From assembly GCA_951406725.2 (NCBI GenBank), contig OX597820.1, positions 23,808,001 through 23,872,000 of the forward strand: a stretch of 64,000 nt of DNA, in the 5' to 3' direction. This DNA is from Octopus vulgaris (taxonomy: Eukaryota). The notes beneath the pieces are model-generated. The model made no database searches, was not told the origin of the DNA, and saw nothing but the letters and a program-made list of their open reading frames with translations. How positions within the stretch are numbered: the stretch's first letter is position 1; each line of letters opens with the position of its first letter. The position numbers and the translations under genes are program-made. Shown here one piece after another: positions 41,941-54,782 of this stretch.

Positions 41941-43039
41941 TTTACTTAAAATATGCAAAGTTGATTGATAAATCTCAACTTTAATAGATACTATAAATTG
42001 TGGAAATTGTAATGATAATTTATTGACATTCTGTATGTGTTCATTCTCTCTAGATCTTAACTGTAATTATGATCTTTAATAGTAAAAAAAACAAGTGTTT
42101 TTTCTTATTCTGCCAGAATGTAAATCTTATTCTAGGTTGCAATAGATATCTTTCTTTCCCCACTTTTTAATTCTTACAGGAAAGGCATTGATGACACAGG
42201 AACTCATACTTTCTCTTTCCCCATTATTCTAACCAGTCATATCTGACCATAGGAAAAGAGATTTTTATTTTAATATAAATTACATGTCAGTTTTTTTGAA
42301 CTGGGCAAAACAGTCTTGACTCATTCTGCTGAGCTCATACTGGAAGGGCTGCGAGCTTTTACCTTCAATGCTAGACCTGTTTGCAAGTCACTTGGCTTGC
42401 TAAAAATAGCAGACAAATTTCTCTCAAATCACATGTTACCATCTCTTAAAGTGTAATTCTTGATACCTAAGGACATGATGATTATGGCTAGAATGTCTTA
42501 GATCATGGGTCTGCTTGATCAGAATTAACTTGGAAGTAAACAACAAGAAAAATATATAACCCTGTTTTTTTTTTTTTATATCAGCCTGTAGACATAAGAT
42601 ACAAAGTCTATAACCTCTATTTTATGGTGGACTTATTATAAAGAAATTGATAATTAGATATAAAAAGTTGAAATTTTAAAACACAATTTGCAGCATTTGG
42701 TTTTGAGTTCAAATTCTGCTAGTGTCAACTTCTGGCTTTCATTTAGCTGCACTAGGAGTGATGGAACTATTTAATGTTAGGGTTGATTTGTAAGTGTGTT
42801 AGAAGCTGCTGGGAGTAAGTCTGTTCTAAGGAAAATAATGAATCTTTAATTTTACAAATTTCACTGTTGTGTAACTTATGCTGAATTACTGTTTTGGCCT
42901 TAAGGGTTTAATCCATTTATTATACCATGGGTTTTAGGGACTTTGGCAGGTGGTTTCAAAATCTTGAATGTGAGCAAAGGGCTGCACAAATAAGAGTCCC
43001 ACATCCTCACGCTAAACAACTATTTCTCTTTTCTCTCTT

Positions 43040-43430
43040 CTCTTTTACTAGTTTCAGTCATTTGACTGCGGTCATGCTGGAACACTGCCTTTAGTCGAGG
43101 AAATCGACCCCAGGACTTATTCTTTGGAAGCCTAGTACTTATTCTATTGGTCTGTTTTGCTGAACTGCTAAGTTACGGGGACGTAAGCATACCAGCATTG
43201 GTTGTCAAGCGAAGTTGGGGGGACAAACACAGACACACACACACATATATATATATATACATATATACGATGGGCTTCTTTTAGTTTCCGTCTACCAAAT
43301 CCTCTCACAAGACTTTGGTCGACCCGAGGCTATAGTAGAAGACACTTGCCCGAGGTGCCATACAGTGGGAATGAACCCGGAACCATGTGGTTGGTAAGCA
43401 AGCTACTTAATACACAGCCACTCCTGCATC
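43040..43430 (-). mobile_element. SINE family B
   Basis: Family match. Confidence 0.85.
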
Positions 43431-43499
43431 TATAGAGATAAAATATCAGTAATATTAATTTAATTGACTCTACAACCTAAAACTTAATTTTGTGCAATC

Positions 43500-44765
43500 T
43501 GGTGAGTTGGCAGAGTTGTAATGTTGGAAAAGAATTTCTTGTGTTATTTATTTTGGCTCTTTACTTTGTGTCTTTCATCCTTTCAGAGTCTATAACATAA
43601 AGTACCAGTCTATTGCTGGAGTCAATATAATCAACTAAACCCCGCTCTCCCTAAAATTGCTGGCCTTGTGCAAAAAATGAAAATTATTATAGTAAAAGTG
43701 ATGGTTTGGCAGAATCGTTGAAGAGTCAAACAAAGTACCTTGCAATATTTGCTTTAGTCCAAAGGCTGTGATCTGGCAGAAACGTTAGCATGCTGGGTGA
43801 AATGCTTAGCGGTATTTCGTCTGCCATTACGTTCTGAGTTCAAATTCCGCCGAGGTCGGCTTTGCCTTTCATCCTTTCGGGGTTGATTAAATAAGTACCA
43901 GTTACGCACTGGAGTCGATATAATCGACTTAATCCGTTTGTCCTTGTTTGTCCCCTCTATGTTTAGCCCCTTGTGGGCAATAAATGAATAAGAAACGTTA
44001 GAAAACTGGGCAAAATGCTTAGCGGTATTTTGTCTGCCATTATGTTCTCAGTTCAAATTCCGCCGAGGTTGACTTTGCCTTTCATCCTTTCAGGGTTGAT
44101 AAATTAAGTACCAGTTACACACTGGGGTTGATGTAATCGACTTAATCCCTTTGTCTGTCCTTGTTTGTCCTCTCTGTGTTCAGCCCCTTGTGGGCAATAA
44201 AGAAATAAGAATCTTTAGCATGCTGGGCAAAATGTTAAGTGGTATTTTATCCATCTTTCTGTTCTGAGTTCAAGTTTTGCCAAGGTCAACTTTGCCTTTC
44301 ATCCTTTTGGGGGTTGACAAAATATGTACTGGTTGAGGACTGGGGTCGATATAATCAACTTAGCCCCTGCCTCGAAATTGCTCATCTTGTGCCAAAATTT
44401 GAAACCAATAATTGTTCCAGTTCTTTATGCTTTGAGTTCAAATTCTGTTGAGGTCAACATTGCTTTTCATTCACCCAGGGTCAGTAAACCACCACTCGTT
44501 TAATCAACTAACCCTCTTCACTCAAAATTTCCAGCCTTGTTTCTTTATTGGAAACAATTATTATTATAATTATTGAGTGCTAACGATTTCAAAGATTCAT
44601 TATACAAAATATTTCGCAGCTCTTTACATTCCAAGTTCAAATTCTTCCATGGTCATCTTTGCCTTTCATCTTTCCAGGGTTGGATACAATAAATACCAGT
44701 CAAACACTGGTGTCATTTTAAGTGATTGAACCCGTCTCCCTAAATTTCTGGTCTTGTGTCTGTTA
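43500..44765 (+). repeat. Head-to-tail array of ~7 SINE A units, young and old
   Basis: Units at ~43500, 43700, 43765, 43992, 44208, 44415 and 44580. Confidence 0.85.
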
Positions 44766-44908
44766 AAAATTATTGTAATTATTATTTAATTTTTTTTTGC
44801 TATATTTTGTTTCATAGTTTTTATCACTGTTGTCAGTTTACCATAACAACATATACTAAAACAATTTTCATTAAATTTTGCACACATGAGATAACCTTAC
44901 TTTCAAGG

Positions 44909-44946
<38 letters not shown>

Positions 44947-45057
44947 GAGGTCCAGTGTGGCCTAGGTCCTATTTCCTTAAATTTTTTTTGCACTCCAGAA
45001 GCAGACAGTTGCATGAAGCCAACTACCATGATGGCTTTAATTTTACCTTTTTTTTTC

Positions 45058-45102
<45 letters not shown>

Positions 45103-46214
45103 TCCTCTCCTTCTCTACCATCTATGCTACATAGAAAATTTTACTAAATAAGGGAGAAGAGAGATACAATTAACTAAAATCAATTAAAACATCCTTTTCC
45201 TTAGTTTCACTCAAACGAGCATTCATTCATATATTTGCTGTTATCATTATGATATGAAGAAGCTTTGGGTGACAATTGTTTGATTATTTGGCGAAATGCC
45301 TTGTATCAATTTTTTTTTTTTAAAATTTTTTCTCTAAATTGAAATAATGCCAGGGTCGGTCTTGCCTTTCATCCTCCCTGGGGATCAATTTAAAAGAACG
45401 AAAAAAATTTTTAACTAAAGTAAAATATGTACAAGTCAAAATACAGCGGTTGAATTTAAAATAATTGATTATACTGTCTCTCATTTTCGGCCCTGTGCCA
45501 GTTTTAGAGAAAAAAATAAATCATTACAAAGTGAGGTGGGGATAGGTATTGTTGGCAGATGTCAGAAATACTAGAAAAAAAAAAAAAAGTGGGCAAAATG
45601 CCTTGCGATATTTGTCTTTTTTTTTTTTTGTTCCAAGTTGCATTCCTGCCAGCACTGGCTTTGTCTTGCATCCTAAGGGGCTCAATTAAAACAAGTGTCA
45701 GTAACACACATACACACTGGTTGTAATTTACTGTATATGATGGCTTTTAAGGTGTGCTTTTTAAATTTTTTATTTACATAAAATACATCCCTAAAACTCA
45801 GCCTACATCTTGAGAACACTAGGTTTATGTTACTGGCAAGTGGTGGCTCAAATGCTCTGCTGAAATTGAGCGACATTCTAGATAAGCTGATGCACCATAT
45901 AGCCTATCCATCTAATATAAATATAGCAATCGTGTTCCTCACTTTCCCACTTGAAGTGAGGTTTTTTTTTTTTTTTTTTTTTTGAAAGGTCATGGTTAAA
46001 ATAATGTCATTGAAATAAGTACATACATTTAGCTTTGCCCTGCTCGCTTTTAAATTCAATCCCCATTGAGACAGCCCCTTTATCACTTCTCTAAGGCTGA
46101 TAAAACAGATATCAATGTTATATTGGAATCAATCCCCTGCCCCTCTCCCCTACACACACACAAAAAGAAGCAAAACTCAGGCTTTGTTCATCTATTAGAA
46201 AATATATTATTATC

Positions 46215-46840
46215 AGGGCAGTGTATTGGCAGAATCATTAGAGCATCAGACAAAATGCCTTGCAGTATCAGTTCTGGCTCTTTATATACTGAGTTCAAAC
46301 CCTGCCGGGGTCAACTTCGCCTTTCATCCTTCTAGGGTTGATAAAATGAAGTACCAGTTAGGCACCGGGATTGATATAATCTACTAAGCCCTCTCCACAA
46401 ATCTCTGACCTTGCACCTATGTTTATTATGATTATTTAAGGCGGCGAACTGGCAGAATTGTTAGCATGCCGGGCGAAATGCTTAGCGGTATTTTGTCTGC
46501 CGCTACGGTCTGAGTTCAAATTCTGCCGCAGTCGACTTTGCCTTTCCTCCTTTCGGGGTTGATAAATTAAGTAATCAACTTAATCCCTTACCCCCAAGCT
46601 GCCCTTTGGCAAAAATTTGAAATTATTATTATTTAAGGTGGTGAGCTGGCAGAATTGTTTGCATTCCGGGCAAAATGCTTAACAGTATTTTGTCGGTTCA
46701 AATTCAGTCCAGATTGACTTTGCCTCTCATCCTTTGTGGATTGTTGAAATAAGTACTATCTAAGCACTGGGTCAATGTAATTGATTTACCCCACCCCTCA
46801 AAATTGCTGGCCTTGTGCCAAAATTTGAAACCATTATTAT
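46215..46840 (+). repeat. Three head-to-tail SINE A units
   Basis: Units at ~46217, 46439 and 46636, separated by (ATT)n. Confidence 0.85.
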
Positions 46841-46877
46841 TGTAATCATAATTATTATTATTAGTAAATATATATAT

Positions 46878-47342
46878 ATCAAAATAAACAACAAGGATAT
46901 CCAGAGGTAATGCAGTACGATCGTTTCATGCAACTCCATTTAATTGAACAATGCAATCATTTCATTACATCAATTTAAAATGTAGAGCAATCTTCAGCTG
47001 CACAAAGACATAGAATTTAATTAAATTAGAACAGAAGGACACATTAGTATAATTTTACCTAAGATCTCCAATAAGTTAAGGAGATAGACAAAGAAGATGT
47101 ACCTACAACATCATAGTTGTAACTCTGTCTTTGTGTACCTGAAGATTGCTCTACATTTTAAATTGATGTAATGAAATGATTGCATTGTTCAATTAAATGG
47201 AGTTGCATGAAACGATTGTACTGCATTACCTCTGGATATCCTTGTTGCTTATTTTGATTTTAATCACCTTATTTTGAAATTGTATGGATAATACCGTACT
47301 AAATTCTGGTGCCTCAACTTAAGTACCATATTCATCTGAATC
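46878..47342. mobile_element. Penelope-like fold-back element in (TA)n
   Basis: ~135 bp inverted arms at 46878-47013 and 47122-47258, ~105 bp spacer, ~85 bp tail. Each arm holds a hammerhead motif. Confidence 0.75.
46910..47003 (-). ncRNA. Type I minimal hammerhead ribozyme motif
   Basis: Minus strand: GTGCAG-CTGAAGA-(long stem II)-GAAAC-GATC-GTA-CTGCAT. Stem I pairs, palindromic stem III ACGATCGT, GUA cleavage triplet. Confidence 0.65.
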
Positions 47343-48951
47343 TATATATATATACACACACATATACACAACTATTATTCAGGGTGAAGAATCGGTAGAG
47401 TCATTATAGAGTTGGAAAAATAAAATGCCTTGTCTTTTTTTTCCAGTTCTGGTTTCAAATACTGTCAAGGACAACTTTTACCTTTCATCTCTTCACAGGT
47501 GTTGATAAAATACAGTGCCAGTCAAACTACTGGGGTCAATGTAATTGACAAACCCCTAACTCCCTTTGAAATTACTGGCCTTGTGCCCAAATTAGAACCT
47601 ATTATATTGTAGCCTATATATAATGTAAATAGCCGATCATTTATCTGTTTATTCCTTTAATACTTTGCTGTTTGGGTTTTTCACATTCCAATTTATGGTC
47701 TGGGGTGCTTTACATGTGTATATAGTATACATCTATATTTATACATCAACTGTTTTGTTCTCTCTTTTCTTGTCCCTTCCTCTGCCTTTTCTTGTTTTCC
47801 CTTACAACTGTTATTGATGCATTGAAAAAAAAAAATCAAAAGCAAGTAAAAAAAAAGATGCTACTAAAAATTGCTTTGTGCCATTAAAAATAATTTTGTT
47901 GTTGCTGTTACTGTGTTGATATGAGAGGTGTATATATATATAAAATGATAGTTGTGAGAAAAAAAATTTACAACTTTCAATACAGCCAGTAATTTTCTTT
48001 TAAAACAGAAATGGGTGGGGGGATTTTAAAAAAAAACAACTTTTCACCCCTTTTTAACATTTTCTTCCTACATCTAGAAATTCTCGTTTCTTTTTGATGT
48101 AAAAAAAAAATCTATTGATAGATTTGTTCAAAAATTAAACTTTTTTTTTTTTGAATTTTTAATTTGTTTATAAACTGACACCATCTTGTATTTTCATTTC
48201 ATTCTATTTTATTTTTTTCTGCTTGCTATGGAATATATAAATATAATATACATATATATATATTTGTATATAGACATGTGCTTCTTTGCAGCTAAGAATT
48301 TTTAACTCTTATTTCTAGCAATGTAGGTGCTGTCCTGCACTGTCAGTTACAGTTAGCGACAATTGAATGTTTTCCTTTTTGGTTTTATATTGCATATAGT
48401 CACCTTTGTTATTTTATATATATAATAATAATAATATTAGGGAGTATAACTCCAAACTTACAGGGAAAAATTCAATTTAGTCTTAAATCAAATTTCACAA
48501 TATAAATATATAATATATATAAATTAGAGAAAAAACCGCTATTATAATTATTATATATTATTTATTCATTTTTGTACTTTTTGTGATTTAGTTATGTTTT
48601 ATAATATATTTTATTTTTTCTCTAATTTATATATATATTTATGCATAGCGATATTACTAACCTGGTGTTAGAAAGAAGCATTAGTCAAGTACAGAGTATA
48701 ATAGAAAATTAAATAAATGACAAGGGAACAAGAAGTTACATAATGAACTGCATTGGCTTACTGTTGTTTCTGCTGTAACATGCAATCCACTTGGGTGCTT
48801 GTGTATCACTCAACTTTGAGTGCATTGCATGTTGTAGAAAAAACAACTGTAAGCTAATGAAGTTCATGACATAATTTTTTTGTTACCTTGTCATTTAGTT
48901 AATTATATATATATATATATATTTAATTATTCTAGTTCGTTATTATAATTA

Positions 48952-49912
48952 AGGTGGCGGTGGAGTGGCAGAGTCATTGCTGTCAGAGAAAATGGTTTGC
49001 AGCCGTATTTGTTCCAATTCTTAGTTGAAATACCAAGGTCAACTTTGCCTTTCATTCCTCTGGGTGGTGGGGTGATAAAATGAAATACCTGTGACATACT
49101 GGGGTTGATTTCATTAACTCCTCCACCTCTCCCCTCAAAACTGCTGGCCTAGTACCTATTGATTATTGTTATTATTAGAGTGGTGAGTTGGCAGAATTGT
49201 TAGAGCATTGGACAAAATACCTTGCAATATTTCTTCTGGCTCTTTATGTTCTGAGTTCAAACCCTGTCAAAGTCAACTTAACCTTCCTTCCTTCTGGAGT
49301 TGATTAGACATCGTATCAGTGAAATACTGAAGTCGAATTGACTATTCTCCTCTCCCTAAAATATTTCTGGTCTTGTTCTTTTGGTGGACCCTTTAAAATG
49401 TCGGACAAAATGCTTTGCAGTATTTGTTTCAGTCCTTTACATTCTGAGCTCAAATCCTGCCAAGATCAAATTTGCCTTTCGTCTTTTTGGGGGTCTATAA
49501 AGTAAAGTGCCAGTGAAATACCGGGGTTGGTTTAATTGACTAATTTCCTGCCCTAATTTTGAGGCCTTGTGCCACCAGTGATAGAAATTATGTATTTTTT
49601 GGGAATTTCATATTCTTTACCATTTTAGTATAAAAAAAAATTTTTGGGGAAGGAGTGGTTATTATTGTTATTTTTATTATTATTATTATAGGGTTGGTGG
49701 ATGGGCAGAATTGTAAGAGCAATAGGGGAAAAAAAATGGTCTTGCAGTATTTTTTTCCAGCTCTACATTCTGAGTTCATATCTTGCCGAGGTTAACTTTG
49801 CCTTTCAGCCCATCAAGGTTGATAAAATGAAGCACCCGTCAAGTACTGGAGTCAGTTTGACTAAAACCCTCCCCTCAAACAATGCTGGCTTTGTGCCTAA
49901 ATTAGAAACATT
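48952..49912 (+). repeat. Four old SINE A units, same orientation
   Basis: Units at ~48952, 49180, 49395 and 49695. Confidence 0.8.
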
Positions 49913-50051
49913 ATTGTTGTGGTATGCAGTAGGTTTTCTTATTGGACTGAATTTGGTTATCCAGTTTCACATCCAAGCTGGAACCTTTTTCATCACTTTA
50001 TGTCCCTACTAATGCCACCCTGAAAAAGGCACAAACATCTCTCTCTCTCTC

Positions 50052-50563
50052 TCATGTGATGTCTAGACAAGGGTTCATAAACACAATAGGCTTCTTTCAG
50101 TTTCCATCTACCAAATACTTACACGGTATTGGTCAGCCTGGGGCTATATGGTATATGCCCAAAGATGCTGCACTGTGGGACTTAATTCAAGACCACATGG
50201 TAGATTTCTCACAGTACCATGGTTATCACAGATTTGAAACTAATAATCAAACTCTCAGAAGTTAGTTAATATATTTTTTTTATAACAGTTGGACATTGAG
50301 ATTTTTATGAAAATATGTTTTCATATGCACACACACACAACTAGAATTCTCATTTAGAAATAATGTCCTTCCTCACCATGTATGTGCAGTTAGAAGGAAA
50401 TACATCAACACTTTAATTTACATAAGTTTAAATGTGATCCTTTGTTGATATTTTGGTCAGAATGTCATGCCATATGCTGCAGCTAGTTTGGTTCTGTAAA
50501 CTCTCCAACGCAGCCTGTACTGCTTTCTTGGGTTGCTCTCCACAGTTTGTGAGAATCATAAAT
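50052..50563 (-). repeat. ~510 bp direct duplicate of 54217-54727 (3' part of the FANCF-like terminal exon plus 3' flank)
   Basis: Near-identical with an offset of 4165 bp at both ends; frame 50563-50428 open to the same TAA. Confidence 0.92.
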
Positions 50564-53500
50564 CTGAGGCCAACTGGCCAAGTTGAAAGAAAATCCCAAA
50601 CTATTCACCCAATATTAAAACAAATGCTGGGACAAAATATAAAAATTGTCTGCAGATTATATTTATTTTTTAATATAGAAAATAATTTGCCTATATTTTT
50701 GAGATGTGTTATTACTAGAAAGGTATATATATTTATTGGACTACTATGCACTATCTTTTGAGGTTTCTAACTACACTACGTTTTCTCTTCTTTCTTCACT
50801 TCATCAAATGAGAACAAATGTTGATCAACTGCTATTTGTTTTATGAATCTGTTTTGAAAAGGTTCAGTGCTCTTTATTTACTTATACTAAATACATTAAG
50901 ATATAATGCTGAATTGATTTTATTTCTGAATCTAAATTCTGCTCTGATTTTGAGGTAACTTTTGTAAACTAAAATGTGTGAAATATGTAGATACAAGCAT
51001 CACCATGTGATTAAGAAGCTTGCTTTGCAATCCTGTATTTTCAGGTTCAATCCATCTGTGGCATTTTGAGCAAGTGTCTAGTTTGCTCAAGGCTATAGCT
51101 TCAATTTGATCACTATCTTATGAATGGAATTTGGACTACAGAAATTGTATGTGTGTTTAGATATATATGTAATGTTTATATCTTTTGCCATATTTGGTAG
51201 GATGTAAGACTGCACTTTGAAGTCCTCTTAGTTATAAATATTCTCTTGTCTCTCTCTCTCGCTGTCAACAATGCAATGAACCAGTGATTGGCCCATTGGA
51301 AACCTGTCACTAATAATATGGTTCACAAATTGCTATATATATATATATATTCAGAGTTCAGCTTTGTCTACAATTTATGAATTATCTCTATCCATTGGGT
51401 AATATCAAAAAACAACTTGGTGTACTTTTGCAAAGAGATTCTCAATTTCTTTTACAGAATTAAACCCAAATTTTTTTCTGATGATACTTGTTGGAGTAGA
51501 AGCGGTCTGTGAATTTGTAGAGAGATAAAATGTGTAACTCTGCATCTTATGAATCATTGAGCATTTGAGTGTGATCTTTTTAACTGGAGTATATGTGTCT
51601 ATATTTAAAAAGGTGTAGTTTTAGAACTTAAAAGTTTAAGGATAGAGATGAGATGTGATAATCTAGTATACTTGAAGAAATTACCAAATATGTGGTGTAG
51701 AAAGAAACTGAAAAAGGTTTAATGATCCAATAAATCCATACTGGTCTAGAAACTTTTTTTTCTGACAATAATTTGGAAATACTGCTTTTTTTTTTTTAAC
51801 TGCTGGATTTATTAAACAATTTTTTTGTTTTTTAGTTAAATGTATTAACCTGAATTCAAATGAATCATCTTTTTCCTTGGTTTGCCCTCGTCATAGTTTT
51901 GGAAAATTATTTTAATTTCCTTACTTTAGATATTGGCCCCTGCCAGAATAAAGTGAATTATTCTACCAATTCTCAATTTTTTTTTTCATTTAATTTTCTA
52001 AATCCACTTAGTTGAACACATTGCTACCCCCCCCCCACTTCTAATTCATGTATCACTGCATTACATATATGTTATTTATATGAAAGAAATATTGTTTTTG
52101 ACTTGTGTTGGCAGGGGTAAATTGTTGTGTTTAATGTCTTTGTGGTAATTTTTGTAAAACCTCAGCAAAAATAGCCTATGGCATTTTTTGTTTATTCCTA
52201 GTTGAAACTGCTTTTTTTTCTGACACTGCTAATGCTCTTGCGAAGGGCGTGAATGTCACAACTGTTTCCCTGTTTATACTATTATTTATTTTTTTAAAGT
52301 TGTTTGGGATGAACACTCACTGAAGGATATCTCTGGTCATTAAAAGTCAAGCATTTGGCTTTATTTCTTGCACTAATGCATAAGACTTTTAAAAATTTTT
52401 GTTTCATCTAAAAAAAAAAAAAAAAAACTGTGACAATATAGTGGATATTGTATTTTCTTTTTCTCTTCATTTGCTAATGAAGAACATTTTTAATAAATAT
52501 TTTGTTTTACCTTTGTGGTGTTGGGAGATGTATGAATCAATCTTTTTTTTTTTTTTTTTTAAGTATTATTAGCATGTACTGGAAAATAGTTTGTGCTTTT
52601 AGACTGCTCAAGGAGAAGCCCACATAATAGGCAGCTGTGATTGGATTCAACACAGCTGCCTCCACTGAACAATGTCTCTGAGGAGTTTTGAGTACACATC
52701 TCATTATCTCGCATCATTATCACACTTAAGTGGGGGAACTGAATAAAAATGAAGGAAAACAAAAAGCCAGTTATTTACAAAATAGATTTGATTTCTTAAA
52801 TTTAGAATATGAAAAAATAAACATGGAAGCCCTTTTTTTTTTTTTTTTTTTTTTTTACTTCCACAAAGTTATGATTTCAGTGAATACTAGATTAATTTGT
52901 GGAATAGTTTCTTTTATGTGATATTTGCTTGGAATTGCCTTAATTGTTAATGGTTTGACCAGAACAGATGCTTGATAGCATACAGTTATCATCTTTTAAT
53001 CAGAAAGATATGATGATGCTGACTGGCATGCAAAAACAAACAAAATAAGTGTTTTGAGGTCACCGAGTTCTGGTCAGTTGTCTTGATTAATTAACCATTA
53101 ATAGCATGATAATCAGCAATATAATTAATTGCTAGTTGTTTTTTGCCAACTCTAAACAACATCAACAACAACAACTCATTAGGATAACAAACTCGAGTTC
53201 TTGTAAATTCAAACATATCATTTCATCTTGAGAGATGTTATCAAAACTGAGAATTAGTAAAATGGTTCTTTTACCAATTTTGAAGTATTTGAGGCTGAGA
53301 TTTTATTCCATTGCTACTACTTGGTTTTTCCAAAGCTTTGTTGTGAAAGACAAAAAAGTTGAAACTGAGCAGTAATTGCAGAAATCCTCTGCTTTGAATT
53401 ATGAATAATAAACTCTTATACTCTCTAATATATATATATATATATATACATATATAAAATCCAAGCCTTGGAAGATTTTAAATCTAGTGTTGACAGTTTG

Positions 53501-54592
53501 CTGGCTGATTCCCCACCATCCTCCTCATTTTAAGTAATAACTCATATCTCCTGAAGGTTGTCCATTTGCCTGACACCTTTATCTGCCAACATATTTTAAA
53601 TAATCCAGTACATTCATAGTAAAAAAAAAAATAAAATAATATAAAAAAAAATCAACATCTACCTATAAAATTCATTTTTGTAAATATTTGTTCACATTAC
53701 CATCTAATATATAACTTTTTTTTTTGGAATTGAAGATATGTCATTCTAGAAGTGTTATATATAAATTGTAAATACATAAATTCATATCATTCTGAATAAA
53801 TTGAAATGAAAAAAAAGAAAACAAACAAACCAAAAAAATATATTGTTATATTTCTCTCTTTTTTTTTTTAATTAAATTGTTAAAAATATATATATATATA
53901 TATATAAATTAAATTTATTTCTGAAACATAAGGCTAGATAAATTATTTACAAGTTTAAAAAATACATTCCCTCCCCCTATATTTAAAATATTTTTCTATG
54001 TTACAAATAATTATCAGTGTCCACTTTTCCATGTTTGCATGGGTCAGATGGAATTTGTTGAGGCAGATTTTTTTCCTACAGCTGGATGCTCTTCCTGTCA
54101 CCAACTCTCATCACTTTCCAATCAAGGTAATATTTTCCCATAGCCCGACATGTTTTTCATAGAAGACTGCAGACAAACAACCTTGCTTATATGACAATGA
54201 TGCTCATTTGCAACCATCATGTGATGTCTAAACAAGGGTTCATATACACAATAGGCTTCTTTCAGTTTCCATCTACCAAATACTTACACGGTATTGGTCA
54301 GCCTGGGGCTATATGGTATATGCCCAAAGATGCTGCACTGTGGGACTTAATTCAAGACCACATGGTAGATTTCTCACAGTACCATGGTTATCACAGATTT
54401 GAAACTAATAATCAAACTCTCAGAAGTTAGTTAATATATTTTTTTTATAACAGTTGGACGTTGAGATTTTTATGAAAATATATGTCTTCTTCATACACAC
54501 ACAAACTAGAATTGCCATTTAGAAATAATGTCCTTCCTCTCCATGTATGTGCAGTTAGAAGGAAATACATCAACACTTTAGTTCATGTAAGT

Positions 54593-54782
54593 TTAAATGT
54601 GGTCCTTTGTTGATATTTTGGTCAGAAGGTCATGCCATATGCTGCAGCTAGTTTGGTTCTGTAAGCTCTCCAATGCAGCCTGTACTGCTTTCTTGGGTTG
54701 CTCTCCACAGTTCGTGAGAATCATAAAGTGTTTAGAAAGATCTGCAAATGTCGATATTTCATTACTATCCTTTTCTTGAAGC
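54593..54782 (-). CDS. FANCF-like gene, terminal coding exon ((R)LQEKDSNEISTFADLSKHFMILTNCGEQPKKAVQAALESLQNQTSCSIWHDLLTKISTKDHI*)
   Basis: Poly-T CCAG acceptor, phase 2, 62 codons then TAA. Resembles the recalled FANCF C-terminus (WEELHNRFQSL..KDKVLTALE..SIWTDLL). The exon call is firmer than the FANCF identity. Confidence 0.8.
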
